Shown here one piece after another: positions 50,260 to 64,000 of a DNA stretch of 64,000 nt; position 1 is the first letter of the stretch; every line of letters starts with the position of its first letter. The stretch is from Felis catus (lineage: Eukaryota), in NCBI RefSeq assembly GCF_018350175.1, contig NC_058368.1, positions 26,600,001 to 26,664,000 on the forward strand, read 5' to 3'. The position numbers and the translations under genes were made by a program. The notes beneath the pieces were generated by a model that was not told where the DNA came from, made no database searches, and saw nothing but the letters and a program-made list of their open reading frames with translations.

Positions 50260-50480
50260 CATATGAATCCAACCTCTGGAACCAGTTACCTGGACTTGAA
50301 CCCCCTTTACTTGTAAGTGACCTTATGCAAATTTCTTAACCTCCTTACGCCTCAGTTTCCTCTTCTCTAAACCGAGGCTAGTCATAGCCCCTAGCTCATA
50401 AGGTCCTTGAGAAGATGAAGTGAGTTCGGGTGCAGAAAGCACTTAGAATATTTCTGGCACATTCAAAACGTGCCAGAATA
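50260..50480 (+). mobile_element. MIR remnant
   Basis: gtgaccttatgcaaatttcttaacctc..gcctcagtttcctc. Confidence 0.8.
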
Positions 50481-53400
50481 ATAATTCAGAAGTGAACTAG
50501 AAAATTCATGTACATATTTCAATCCTCCCAACAATTAATTTTCATAACAAAGGGACAATATCTTCTCAGCTGAAGACATGAGACCAAGGAAAACAAGTAA
50601 ATTTTCTAAGGTCACACAACTGGTTAGAAGCAGATGCCTTTGTGGGTCACTCATTTCATAAATTTATACAGCAAAAATTGTAACTATTGATTACACAGCT
50701 CACACAGGGAATAGCGCAATATCTTATATGGCATTTAACTAGAAATGGAAATCCAAACAGGAAATAGCTATGTTAAGTGCACTAGCTTAGACACACAGCA
50801 CTTTAAATGGGAAAGTGTGAAATATAGTGAAATCCTTACAGTTAATCTCTGAGCGGAAACCACACAGGATAAGCAGTGTGGCTGAGCTAGCAGGGTCAGC
50901 AGAAGTCTATATTCTCAATTTCTGGTCTTTAGTTGCTTGAATTTTTTAAAACAATAGTGAGAGGATAATTAGCAAATATTTCACATGCTGAATACATTTG
51001 TATTAGCTGAAAGAAAAATAATGTTTCTCCTTAAAGTCATGCCTATAGTAAAAGTTCCTTTTCCTCTTGGTAAGCAATTTGGGCAAGCCTGGCTTACTGG
51101 CAGCTTTCACATCCCCCTCGTGACTTACAGCCCGATATTGATCTGGGTTCTGGGGGTGGCTGGGAGGCAGGACAGAATCCTTCTTCATGGAGCACCTCCT
51201 ACTGCCAGTGTCAACCTGACACCTGGCAGCCACCGTCCCTTCCCATCCCGCCTCCCATCTTCGGAGGGGGGTGCTCTCATCTTCTTTTTTAGAGGTGAGG
51301 AAACCGAGGCACAGGAAGGTTAGGCAACTGACTCATTTTCTCGCAGCTACTAAGTGGGGACACCAGGCTTCAAACCAAGGATGGACTCCACAGTCCATAC
51401 TTCTGTTATTCATAATTTGCCCCTGTTAGTTAGAGACGGATCCACATTAAATTAAATCCCAGGCCAGGCTGCTTTTGTAAAACTCAACTGATGCATGTAC
51501 ATGTGTGTAAAGAAATGGAAGTTCAGGTACTTGCAAGTAATTGCTAGACGGACAAACAGAACACGCAGAGCCCTTAGATCTGAACGAACAGCTGACGAAG
51601 GCCTACGGTTAGGTCAGATTGTTTCTCACGTGTTTACTCAACAATCTTTGACTCTTTTCAAAGAAATTCACAGGCTCTAATCCCTTAAACCAGTGGTTCG
51701 CTTACTTTTCACACGTGAAAAGGCATGGCACGTGCACATTTCAACGCATCTCCAAAGGAACAATTCTGCACGTTCCTCTCTTTTTTTATCCTTTCTTTTT
51801 TTCTGTGTTGCTCCTTTCTGTGCTCCGTTTCCATCACTAGAACTAGTTTACTCAAAGTTGTCCAGACTCAGGACCTCAGGGCCATTATAGTGTCAGTCTC
51901 ATGCTCCATGATTTCTCTCAGACCTGGTCTCTCTCCTCCATCCATAGTGACTTCCAAACTATCGTCTGTCAACTTGGTTCCCCGCCTCTTTTCTCTTTTT
52001 CCTATAATCTTTTATTTTCACTTCTGCCAGATGAGTCTCCCCAAATACAGTTGATTTTTATTTTTTCCAAATACAGTTTAAATACTATCATTTTATTGTA
52101 ACAGAACCTTAAAAAACTACCACTCCTCACTTGAGCCCCTAATAAACCTTGTTGTTCAATCCCGGCCACCTTTGTACTACCTGTACCCGATGCCCCAGCC
52201 AAAATGTCACTGAGGACTGTGTTTCTCTTTACTCATCCATTCTGTATTTGATTAAAATACTACTCTGCTCATCCTTCTCCAAAAACTTGTCTCCTGATTC
52301 TCAATCAAATGGAATCGTTCTTCCTTTGGACCCTCTGTCATAAAATGAGCAGAAATCGCTGTGTTGTGTTGTGATTTCTATTATTATCTCCAGTTCTGTG
52401 GCCTTTTGTCCCTCCCCTCCCCCACTCCCATCTCCCAGTAAATTATCATTTCCTTGGCGGTTGAGAATTTGCATCCCCTATAGTTCCAGTAGGGTCTTTC
52501 CCATGCAGTGGTAATTGTAATCGTGATGTTGTTGTTGCTAATGAAGGAGGAGGAGGAGGAGACGTTGCAGGAAAAGATGGTTAGAGAGCTCATTTGCTTC
52601 TTTAATCACCCTGGTTGAACAGCTCTAACTGTTGAAAAGTCTTTTCCCATATTCATCTGAAACCTGCCCCACTGAAATTTGCTCCCATAAATATTTATTG
52701 AGTGACTACTAGGTGCAAATTGCACCATTTTAGGCACAAATCACTCTCACTGATTCCAATACAGCCTGTATGCTCACCTTCCCATGAAGGGACCTTCTTC
52801 TCACACATAAAGGAGGAAAAATGCTGTTCCTAAGTCCACACTCTCAGCAGCTTCTCCAAGCTTCTCTCACTTCTACCCTGAGCTCTGCTTTCCAAGTCAT
52901 TTCTTGAAGTATCTCTCTACACTCATTTCTGAGCTATAACATTGTAATGGGGGTGCATAGAGGGTTGCTGAGAGATTTATTGGATTTTTTATCATAATGC
53001 ATAGCAAATTCCTGGGAGTCAGAGGTAGAAAGGCTTGTTTCGTTTACACAGAAAAATGTATCAGCCTCATGGTTAAATCTTAAAATATTTGAAGATCACA
53101 CCCTGTATCCCATAAATCTTATTTGGAAAGATTTATTTACTTTGGAAGCAAGAAGTGGAGAGCTAGGTAAAGGTTCGCAGTTAAAATGTCAGGAGATGGG
53201 CTTAAAAGGGGTATATTTAGAAAGAACACTCATTTATGTGGGATTGAGTAGATAAATGACAGTCCATCATTACAGCAATGGGGAAAGTGTTATGAGTCGG
53301 AGTCCCTGATGAAATCAGACTTCGGTGGTACTCTTGCATAGCTGGTGGAGAAACAGACCAAACTTTGGTCTCATAGGTTAATTGTGTGAATCTGATATTA

Positions 53401-56400
53401 CTACAGGTAGCGGCTTGCCGTGCATGATCTATTTTGACACTGGGACCAGCCAAAGCCACTGATGTCTTCCCATCACTGACGTCTGTTACCCTCATTGTCT
53501 CTCTCACAGAACATGCAATGACCTCCCAACCAGGGTCCTTATCTCCAACTGTTTCTCTCACCAAACCGTCCCATCTGACCCGGTGAGGCTAATCTTGCTA
53601 AAAGGCAGCTCTAATCATGTTCCTGGCCCAGCTATTCTGTTTCTTAAATCGTCAACCTTAAACTTCAATGTCCCCTCCCACCTTGTCCCTGGAGGTGACC
53701 CTAAGCTCCAGATAGGGTTGACCACCCCTAATTTTATCTGTTATTTCTAATATAGATTTCAGTCCTAGTACCTATAACAGTTTATTTCTTTACATCTCTC
53801 TCTTACTTCTAAGACTGTAATTTTGCATTTGTATTCCCAACATGTACCGCAGTGCCTAGCATCCAATGAATGCCTAATACCTTGTCTTAGGAACGAATAT
53901 AAGAGAAAATCTAGTCTCCCTGGTATAGCACTATAAGCATTCCATAATCTTGGCTTGCCCTGTCTGTTCAGTATGCCTCCTAATGGCTGCTGTTCCTTTG
54001 CAAAATACAAAGCAAACCTTTCCCTTAACAAGGCTTGAATCTTCCCACTCATGGGGAAATTCTCTGTCCAGTCTGTTGCTTTCAGCTGAACGGCTCTTCT
54101 TAATTTCTCTGCTTGTTGAAACACTATTCATTTTCCAAGAGACGGTCCAGATGTCCCTTCTTTATGAAGCCTCCCCACGCTCTGATTGATCTGTCACCTG
54201 GTTCATCTGTCTTTGGCAGCATTGATCAGACACTTATTTCATGACCTCATTCCCTTCCATGTTCACCACCGCCTTTCGAGTTGGCAATGGGCCAAATTGG
54301 TGCTAAGAAAATTGTGTGGAGTGGAAATAATATGACTACATGCCTTAATACAATAAGACTCTGCTGACTTTGCTGAGCACACAGCCCTGTCCCACATGCC
54401 TAGATCTTGCTACTGAAAAAGTGCTAGAAAATGGCACTGATGGCATAATTAGCACATGATCAGGTCAAAGTCTTTTCCTCTCCTAATTTTCTCTGGAGGA
54501 GTAGTGAGCTGGGCTGAAGAGCCTAGAGTTTCCCAACCTGTGTCCCCACAGTGATGTATGGAGAGAGGGATTCCTCTCACCCCTCAGAGTATCTGGGCCG
54601 GGCTCAAAACACCCAAGCCCCTAGGCCTCTGGGTGTTAACCCAGTGTGCTTCACGGACACTGCGTGTGTGTCCTGTTATGAAAAAAGTTGGGAAGCACTG
54701 GCCGTACTTAGTCAAATAGGGCAAGACCATGAACATGTGGGCACACACACACTACAATGGGAAATATCTCCATTTGGATTTGGTGTCACCAAATCCTGTA
54801 GGCACAGCAGGAAAAACCAGGAGGCTGGAGTCAGGAGCTGTATTCCAAACCCGTCCGTTATGTAGGTGTGACTTTGAGCAAATCATCTAAACTTTCTAGA
54901 CTTCTCTTTCCTCGAGGATTTTTTTTCTTCACAGATTTTTCTTTCTTTTTAAGCTGGCTTCCATTGGGGTTAGGGGAAAGCCATGGACTAAGCGATGTCC
55001 ACATTCTCTTTCAATGCTCATGTCCTTGGAATCTTTGAAAACCTGTTTCTTATCATTGTTGAAAGCAAAATAAATAACCTTTAGGCCACAACTATTTCAT
55101 TCTTAGAACAGATTGTTTTTCTGGTCTGGTCACTTGATCGTTTGGTTTTCTGAGAATGTAGAGCCTCTGGGTGAGGTAAAAGCTTTCATGATATGGGTGT
55201 TAAATCTATCCAGGTGAAGGCAAAAGCTATGGCCCCTCCTGGAAAAGGAATGTGAACATCTTTGGGGGGGGCATCAAATACCATAGATATCATTTTCAGG
55301 TGGCTTCATTCTCCCCCTCCCAATTAAATATGACATGACTGTGAACTAACTTTAGAAAACTACAATCTGTAGGTTTGTGTTATTCATTTATTACTTCAAC
55401 TGCTTATAGTAACCATACCACTGTTTGCCCTAAAACAGTCCAGGTTAGATGACTTTTTGTGCATCAGGTGATCTCTACTAATTATTTTCCACACTCCCTT
55501 TCACTCTGCATACTGAGTGCCTACTGCACCTTCTCTCTGCCAGCAGTCTGCCCCTTCCGGGCTGGGTCGGTATAGGTTCACAGGTGACTCAGCTCATTCA
55601 GAGAACTGGGTCAAAACAATGTCCTGAAATCTCTGTTTCTGAACCTGATCAAATGAAGGCGGTTAGTAGTAAACAAAGGATGGTGGACTCTGGATGAATC
55701 GCAGAATTTGAAATCAAACCCCCTAGCCGAGAGCCCTGATTCCACGTTGGATATGAATTTTTAGAAGACTCTGAATTCACGCTTTCTTCTCTGTGTTTGT
55801 GTAACTGTGGCTTATAAAAGTTTGATTTTTCACATCAGGAATTTTGTCGTTGGTGTGGCCCCTCACCACATCTTGACAACAGAAGCCTCTTGCTGTGTCT
55901 GAAACCCGCCCTTGAGGCAAGAATTCACTTGGTGAATGAACGCACCTTTGAGGTGCAAGGCATCTCCTTCCCCACTCACAGGCACGATTTATTCACTTCT
56001 TTCCACACACTGGCTTCTGTCTTCATCCACGGAGTTAGAAAACAGGGTCTTGTTTATATAAAGGTGTTGTAAAATGAATCGATCCCCACAAGGCCCCTTG
56101 GCCACAGGAAGGACTCCCAGACATGCTCTGCACTGTATAAACACACACTTTTCATCTATCCCTGGCACACTTTCTCCATTTATAGCCTGTGGATTCCCTT
56201 CTCTGATTCTGACCCAGTAATGCTTCCTTCTTTACTTTAAAGTGTGAATGGGTTTCTGGGATCTTCTTTCTATTAATGCTTTACCATGCCAGAGCATGGT
56301 AAGGTCTTGTTTCAACACAGCCTTGTCTAAAGCCCTCGCTGACCCCATCCCCCTACTGTGGAAATAAGTTCTTCCTCATCTCCTATGACATTTCTCCGTA

Positions 56401-56783
56401 ACCTTTCTTCTTGCATTTATCACTTCTTAAAGTGATCAAAGATCTTCATCTCCCCACCAGGGCTGGGACTGTGTAAGACAAGGGACTTGTGTCAGATGTC
56501 AAATTTAGGGGAAGGAGCCAAACCCCAGTGAAAGTAAATCATGTTGTTAATGTGACATTAAAAAAAAAGAATTAGTGAAAAAAATCCATGATTTTTCCAT
56601 TAACAAAATACCAACATTTTCAAGAAAGATGGCATCAGTCTTTTTCCTTTTATTCGCCCTTTTCCTTTCAGATTTTTTTTCTTTTGCCAGAGGGTCTGCT
56701 ATGGCCAAGCACTGTTCATTGATTCGGTGGTTATTGGAAATTTTGATATTTTGTTCATCATAGATTTTTGCATTCATTTTGAG

Positions 56784-56999
56784 TTTTTTTTTTTTTAACG
56801 TTTTTATTTATTTTTGAGACAGGGAGAGACAGAGCATGAACAGGGGAGGGTCAGAGAGAGGGAGACACAGAATCTGAAACAGGCTCCAGGCTCTGAGCTG
56901 TCAGCACAGAGCCCGACGCGGGGCTCGAACTCACGGACCGCAAGATCGTGACCTGAGCTGAAGTCGGCCGCTTAACCGACTGAGCCACCCAGGCGCCCC
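56784..56999 (-). mobile_element. Can-SINE
   Basis: TSD tcattttgagttttt. Confidence 0.96.
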
Positions 57000-59166
57000 T
57001 CATTTTGAGTTTTTAAAATATATTTCATTAAGGTGTTATTTATCTTGATTCCTACGTTTTTGGCATCCCCTTAAATGTTGTGCTTCTGGCCACTGCCTCC
57101 CTTGCCTGACCCTGACCCTGGCTCTGATCACCATAGCAACCGGCACAGGCCTTTGCCCTCCGATACACACTCAATTAATATTTCATGAACGAATGAATGA
57201 ATGAATGAATACTAGCAGAGATATCTTAGATGCTCTTTTCTTTTCTTTTTCCTGAAGGTAAAATGACACCTGACCCACAATTTAGTATCTACCATGACAT
57301 CTACGTGGGGAAATTATAGTGGCCTGGAGTGACTGTCTGTAGTAGCCGTCAGCATTGCTCCCGCTAATTAAAATCATTGATCCTGGACCCTTTCACTGTC
57401 ACAGAGCACCTCCTCCAGTCTTGCTTTATTTCATAAATATAAGTGCTTCTCAAGAAGCTAAATAGTCACAGGGCTACCAAATTATCTTTCACCTTCTTCT
57501 AGTGAACTGTGAGCCACTGACAATAAGAATTACTTCTTTGGAAGTCCAGAATATTGGGATCAGAGGTTCTGTAGATGGGTGCAGTGAAGGAGTCTCAATG
57601 CCTCCAGGAGGAGGAAGATGGCAGAGGGCTGGAAGACCAAACGTCAGGGAGTCTGCTCCTCCGACGATACTACCCAGTACGCAGCGGCCCAGAAAGTGAG
57701 ATTTTGCTTCATTACAATATCACAGACACATAGGAGAGGTTCCCCTTTCTGGGGGGGAGAAAGACACAGATTAAGTAGGTGTTGAGTCTGAGTCTAACAT
57801 AGGTTTCGAAGAGTATGGTTGACTCCTCACTATATTCATCAACATTGATCTTTAAAAGACAAAATGATCATTCACAAATCTTCTCACAAAATCATCTCTA
57901 GGAAGTTGAGCCTGTCATAACAAAATTATTTCTATGTCCTGGTAGACCGCCCATGAAAATAATGTTTTTGATTTAGTTACAGGAATTCTATTCGGCAAAC
58001 AGTGCTGTTAAAGTGTTTTCCCTGGGTTCTGTCCACACAATAGTCTCTGTCCCTGGGAGGGTGGATTTTATTCTGTAATAGTTACGATGATTTACACTTT
58101 TGTCCAGTTATCAAATGATTGTTGACCTCTATTATCCTCACTCCTCTAACCCTACGCAGTCCAACTGTAAAAACATTAAATTAACTTAAAAAAAGAAAAA
58201 GAAAAAAGAATAACCTTTCCACCACCCCCCCCCCCATCCCCAATCCAGGAAGAAAGAAAGAAATCCAGAAATAAGAAAATGATTCTTAGAGAATGCTTTT
58301 TTTGTTTCCCTGGACGTCTTCAAATCATTTATTTTTCCACTTCGTTTTTTGGCTGTTCCACGTGGACTGCCTGGAACTTCACTTCCGCTATACCTCTGGA
58401 AGTTTGGGGATCTGAGACCCGGCGATGTGTTCCCTTTAACAACGCATCTTACTGGAAGAGTGTTCAGACACTTCCCGGAGTATGGAGTGAGCGTCAGGAA
58501 CACGCTGGGGTTCAAGTTCACGTTTCCTGAGGGCCTCGTGTGTGGCAGCCACCATGCTTAGCAGCTTTCCCAGGTTGATTTATCTGATACTTTGAAGAGT
58601 CTAGAGGGAGAACAGGTACGGCCAGGCTCATGCTAAAGAAATAAAAACCAAGGCTGTAGCAGGTCGTTATGTGCCCAAGGCTGCAAGACTAGCGAGTGAG
58701 GGGCGAGACTGAGGCTTGGCCCAGGTCCCCTGCTTGTCATATTACATACAATTGCCTGGTTATTGTCACAGAAGGGAAACACCACACTGCTTCTTCTCCA
58801 AGAGATGCAGAGAATATGTTTATCCAACCCAATATGTCATGTGGTTTCCATGGGGAAAAGAAATAATCCTAAGAGGCTTCAGACATTATTTTCACCTATT
58901 TGAAGGGACAAGCACTACCTGTTCAGCTCTCTAGACCTTGTGTATACCTTCCCTGGGGTTCCATATTTTATCAGAGCAACTTCTCCCTTTTCAAAAAGTC
59001 ACCGTAACTTCCAAAGAGGCTTACAAGTAAGAGTTTCTAGATCACCTTGGAAGACTTTTGAGGGTATATGCGGACATAGGTGTGTGTGTGCTGGGGGTGA
59101 GGGAAGAATGTGTGGAACAGAAATTGAATGATGCTGAAAAATATATCCTGATTTCTCAGGATCATA

Positions 59167-59196
59167 TTTTTTAAATGTTTTTAATGTTTATTTATT

Positions 59197-59247
<51 letters not shown>

Positions 59248-59400
59248 GAAGCAGGGGAGGGGCAGAGAGAGAGGGAGACACAGAATCCAAAGTAGGTTCC
59301 AGGCTCCAAGCTGTCAGCACAGATCCCGACGCGGGGTTCAAACTCACATACCGTGAGATCATGACTCGAGCCGAAGCCGGATGCTTAACCGACTGAGCCC
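59167..59400 (-). mobile_element. Can-SINE, slightly 5'-truncated
   Basis: TSD cagga(t/c)catatttt. Confidence 0.93.
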
Positions 59401-59612
59401 CAGGACCATATTTTTAATAAACAAGCAATCAAGTATTCATGGCTACCACTATAATGGATAAAACAACTGAAGTTAAAAACAGTCTGGGAGAAGTAAGACA
59501 GAATAGCATGGCACAGTGGTCAAATGTGTTGGCTCTTCAGGTTGCTCGATGTATTCCGGTTCTGCTACTTACTGGTTATGTGTCATTTAACTGTTACTTA
59601 AAAACGAACAGT

Positions 59613-59825
59613 GGGGCGCCTGGGTGGCTCAGTCTGTTAAGCGTTTGGACTTTGGCTCAGGTCATGATCTCATGGTTCATGGGTTCCAACCCCGCGTTGG
59701 GCTCTGTGCTGACAGCTCAGAGCCTGGAGCCTGCTTAGGATTCGGTGTTTCCCTGTCTCTCTGCCCCTCCCCTATTTTCACTCTGTCTCTGTCTCTGTCT
59801 CTCTCAAAAATGAATAAACATTAAA
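59613..59825 (+). mobile_element. Can-SINE inserted in a MIR remnant
   Basis: Typical structure; MIR-like flanks. Confidence 0.93.
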
Positions 59826-60029
59826 ACAGTGTTTTAAAAGACTGGAATTAAAAACACAGTTTAAAAAAGTAACCAACCAACCGACAAGCAAACCCTGTGT
59901 GTTCAGTGTTCCTACCTATACAATGAGCGTAATAACAGTAAGTATGCATAAGGATGTTGAGAAGAATAAATGAGAAAGTGCATATAAGATGTCTGACACT
60001 TTGTAAAAGTGTGCTATCATCAAGAGGAG

Positions 60030-60191
60030 ATATATATATATATACGTATATATATATGTAGATAGATATATAGATATATATATACGTATATATATGTATA
60101 CGTGTGTATATATATACACACATATATATATACACACACGTATACATATGTATAAGTGTGTATATATATATGTATATATACATATGTATAC

Positions 60192-60237
<46 letters not shown>
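60030..60237. repeat. Compound (TA)/(CA)/(TG) alternating purine-pyrimidine tract
   Basis: Direct reading. Confidence 0.95.
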
Positions 60238-60242
<5 letters not shown>

Positions 60243-61404
60243 TTTGTTAGCCCCTTGTTGTAGAATAATCTATTTCTCAGATTTAAGACACTGGGAAAGT
60301 GTTAATCACGGCAGAAATTGTCATCAGACTTAGAGCAGGCGATTTTATTAGTGGAAGTCAATGTGACTCCAGTAACTCAGGAGCACATGGCCTACAAAGC
60401 ATGGGGAAGAGGACATCCAGCCAATAAACAGTAATAATTGCAACATTGTTGGCAGCTGAGCCGCCGGAGCACCTCATCGCCTTCAACAACGAATTGGCGA
60501 CTAACTGCCCAGAGGTGGCAGATCGGCACTAACCATACGAGAGGCACCAGCACAGCCAGAAAATGCCCAGCAGATGCCCCTTGCAGGAAATGTAATTAAA
60601 GTGGAAAGGACTATAACAACATTCCCACTGGGCTCTTGACTCAAACTGGAGAGGCAGGGCGGTGTGTGAATTCTCCAGACCGGGAGGCTGGCGTGGAAAC
60701 AGCTGACGCTGTGGGCCTCCTCGGATCCTGCCGAGGGCGCTTGTAGCTCTGTCAACCCCCCAGTCACAGAGCACTTGCAGATCAGCCCAATTCTGGGTCA
60801 CGAAACAGGTGGGGAGCCGCAGAGCTCTGGGTCGTTTAAAGGAAATGAAAGATCACACACCTTCTGTAATGAAACACCCTTCTATCTCCTCATGGCCACT
60901 ATTATTTAGTCACTGATAATACAGCAAACTCTTCAGAAATAATTCAAGCAGATAAGAAATCAAGCCCCACCCTTTTATGTTCTGAGGCCTTAGCAGTGGC
61001 TCCAACTCTTGGAATGACATCTATTACACATCCTCAGCCCATGATTTTTTCCTACAAATGTATGAGACCCTAAACTTGGGAAGGTGGTAGGCAGTTCCGC
61101 AGGGAGACAGTGTGATGGGTGCCCGCCCTGGAGGAGCAGCTTCGGGTTTCAGATGTGGTCTCCATGGCACTGGGCAAATTGCTTCATTCTCGGTTTTCTC
61201 GTTCAGAAAACTGAGGCATAACAGCATCTACCTCTTACGGTTCTTGTGCCTGGAACACTGTAGGCACTAAATGATTGTCAGCTATAACGCCCAGTTTTTC
61301 AAGTAGTTAATGATGGCTTCACTTACTGACAGTCTGGCGAATACATTTTTTGAAAAAAGAAAAAACACATACCAATAAAATGTGTATTTCTCATAACTAA
61401 ACTA

Positions 61405-61630
61405 TCTAATAGGATATATACCCAGAGTGGGATTGATGGATCATATGGTGGTTCTGCTTTTGATGTTTTGAGAAATGTCCATACTGTTTTCCGTAGTGGC
61501 TGCACCATTTTACATTCCCACCAACAGTCCCAGTTTCTCCACATCCTTCCCAAAACTTATCTTGTTTATTTTTTTTTTTTTTACAGTGGCCATGCAAACT
61601 AGTATAAGGTGATATATATCATTGTGGTTT
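61405..61630 (-). mobile_element. L1 3' ORF2 fragment
   Basis: atacccagagtgggattgatggatcatatgg...ccatactgttttcc.tagtggctgcaccattttacattcccaccaacagt. Confidence 0.85.
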
Positions 61631-61844
61631 GGTTTTGCTTTTTGTATATTAATTAGATTTCAATAAAGTTGTTAAAAAATATCTTACATTGTCCCTTAGA
61701 CATAATAGGTTGCTACTGACCCTTTGATTGCTGTGTGAAAAGATAACATGTCTCTGAGTAATTTCGATAGTCGACGTGTTGAAAGGATCACAAATATCTA
61801 CCTTTGGCAAGTACTTACAGGGATCATTCTAAATACATATACCA

Positions 61845-62065
61845 GGGGTGCCTGGATCGCTCAATTGGTTGAGCGATCGACTACAGCTCAGGTCATGATC
61901 TCATGGTTCATGAGTTCAAGCTCACATCGGGCTCTGTGCTGACAGCTCGATCCTGGAGCCTGCTTCGGATTCTGTGTCTCCCTCTCTCTCTGTTCCTCTC
62001 CCGCTCATGCTCTGTCTCTCTGTCTCTCTGTCTCTCAAAAATAAACATTAAAAAAATAAATAAAT
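61845..62065 (+). mobile_element. Can-SINE
   Basis: TSD aaatacat(a/c)tacc. Confidence 0.93.
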
Positions 62066-62069
62066 ACAT

Positions 62070-62700
62070 CTACCCACCAGGTGCTATGAATAGAGAGAGA
62101 TGGGACATAGGTGGGACATAGTCCCTCCTTCATGGAACTTAAATTATGGTTAGACAGGCGGCGACAACAAAGCCTGAGAAGTGTTAGCATCAGAAACTCA
62201 GAGTGTGAGGGTGTCACGACCTGGAAGGAGAAAGAGAAAGCTTCCCTAACGCAGTGAAGTTTACACTGAAAACTGAAGGATTCAAGGGTTAACTACACCT
62301 GAGAAGGCGCTCCAGGTGAGTGGGAGCATCAGGTTCCAAGATCTAGAAGGAAAAGGAGGCTGGAGCTGAGAGGAGCCGTCTCCTCCTGCCTGTAGCTACA
62401 GGAGATGGCAAGGTGGACAGTGGCCAGATTCTGGTGTAGGCTTGGAGGAACCTCAGAAGGTGAGGCTTGATCCAGAGAATGACGGGGAAATCACTGACAG
62501 GTTTCAAGCAGGGAAGTGAAATGGTCTGATCTGAGATTAGGAAGCATCATTCTGGCTGTTCGGTGAGGCAAGAGGGAATGTGGGGATCCCGGTAGGAGGC
62601 ATAAATGCCTCATCTTTGATGATTCTGGCCCAGACTTGGGCAGTTTGGAAGCAAAGTAATGGATAGATTGGAGACGAATTTATATATTTGGCTTCAAACT
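62070..62700 (-). mobile_element. L2 remnant
   Basis: gtccctccttcatggaactta...gaatgacggggaaatcactga..ggtttcaagcagggaagtga; approximate. Confidence 0.65.
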
Positions 62701-62816
62701 AAAGCTACTACCCACTCCCCGACACCGCCCAGATAGGGATGGGATATGTAGAAACCGTAACTTTTAGGCTGCCCTCTGCAAACAATACCCAGAACATATT
62801 TAGATTAGAAGAAAGA

Positions 62817-63050
62817 GGGGTGCCTGGGTGGCTCAGTCGGTTGGGCGTCCCACTTCGGCTCAGGTCACGATTTCGCCGTCCGTGAGTTCGAGCCCCGCGT
62901 CGGGCTCTGGGCTGACGGCTCAGAGCCTGGAGCCTGCTTCCGATTCTGTGTCTTCCTCTCTCTCTGCCCCTCCCCCTTCATGCTCTGTCTCTCTCTGTCC
63001 CAAAAAATAAATAAACGTTAAAAAAAAATTAAAAAAAAAAAAAGAAAAAA
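62817..63050 (+). mobile_element. Can-SINE
   Basis: CpG-rich body, long A-tail. Confidence 0.96.
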
Positions 63051-63859
63051 GAAGGGAACTGATATCCAAAGTGGAGCTAGGGGGTTGCCCATGCCAATTA
63101 TCTGATAATCTGCTTGACCCATTGCTTCAGCTAACGAAGGGCTGTTTGCCCTCCTTCCACCCCAATGATGCTTATCATCATGCTTACCATCGCCGGGTCC
63201 CAGAGAAGCCAGAGAGAACTCAACACCAGTCCCTCTAGCCAAACAATCAGCAAACGAAGATAACTTTAAAGAGTGTCAAGCCCAACTTTATGACTCCCTC
63301 ATAGGCACCAAGGGCATTGTCTCAAGAGCCTAAGCCACCAGACAGGATAACCCAGGACTGCTTGTCGGTTGACCTGCTAAGACCAACTATGACTCATCTG
63401 TTTACTGCAGAACGGAGGTAATGTGGGATGCAAAGGTTGACAGCCACCTCCCGGGAGACCGTCGGACCTGGAAATCAGGGCCCTGGGTTTCAACCGGAAA
63501 TGTTTACACTGGCACAGACCCAAGATGGATGGAGGGCCACGTCACGGAGAGCTGAGTGAGCACATGCACACATTTTAAGGGACCGGGGTCTTCACAGCTG
63601 ACCGGCTGGTCACTCTCACCGCTGCACTGAGCAGCCTGGAGGCTAGCGGTCATCACTTACATGTGCTCTGCTACTTACACTTGGATTTATAACCACACTT
63701 TCCCACGACCGCATTTTCTTTCTTGGCAGAAGATTAAGGGCAGCAATAATAAACACGTAATAATAGTGATATTGGTCTCATTTATTAATGGCATATTATA
63801 TCTGGGGGGCATTATGTCTTTCAGGTGATATACATTACCTCTACTCCGCCATCACAGCC

Positions 63860-64000
63860 TGGTGCACCTATGAATCACCTGGGGACCTTTGAAATACTAA
63901 CCCCTGGGCCCACCCTCCAAGGGCTCTGATTTAATTGATCTGAGTGGAGCCCAGGCATGGGCATTTTAAGGCCCCCGGGGGGAATTCTGGTGTGCAGCCA
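63860..64000. mobile_element. MER5A-like hAT-Charlie element (runs off the window)
   Basis: gaatcacctggggac...gggcccaccctc...ctgatttaattgatctgagtggagcccagg...tgtgcagcca. Confidence 0.75.

Noticed and set aside
59848..60333. Tyr/Ile-rich ORFs (also at 17948-18281)
   Set aside because: Translations of (TA)n microsatellites
1..64000. CRISPR arrays, prokaryotic operons, intact tRNA/rRNA genes, intact retroviral or L1 ORFs
   Set aside because: None seen; the sequence is mammalian and the tRNA-like boxes belong to SINE heads

Overview
Mammalian genomic DNA from a felid, most likely domestic cat or a close relative: about 25 tRNA-derived Can-SINEs, several of the young SINEC_Fc type with clean target-site duplications (TSDs). 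Older eutherian repeats include MIR, L2, L1M, MLT2- and LTR16-type ERVL LTRs, MER33 and MER5A. I recognise no known protein-coding gene, and the supplied ORF track is almost entirely repeat-derived or chance ORFs. The main landmark is a CpG-island promoter at about 26.38-26.95 kb (CCAAT and GC boxes). To its left, on the minus strand, I found by eye a chain of up to 19 AG...GT-bounded segments, many of them micro-exons (6-28 nt), that splice into one open frame of about 286 aa. The core (14127 to 8231) reads like a helical protein loosely resembling degenerate EF-hand proteins of the calcineurin-B/CHP/tescalcin/calaxin type. This is a manually assembled hypothesis, not a confirmed gene. Other notable items: a tailless 5S rRNA retro-fragment with a perfect 14-bp TSD inside an old L1, a 21-bp exact repeat bracketing the promoter, a duplicated HNF1/CDX/FOX-like module, and a CACGTG E-box cluster. 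The right 37 kb looks intergenic or intronic.
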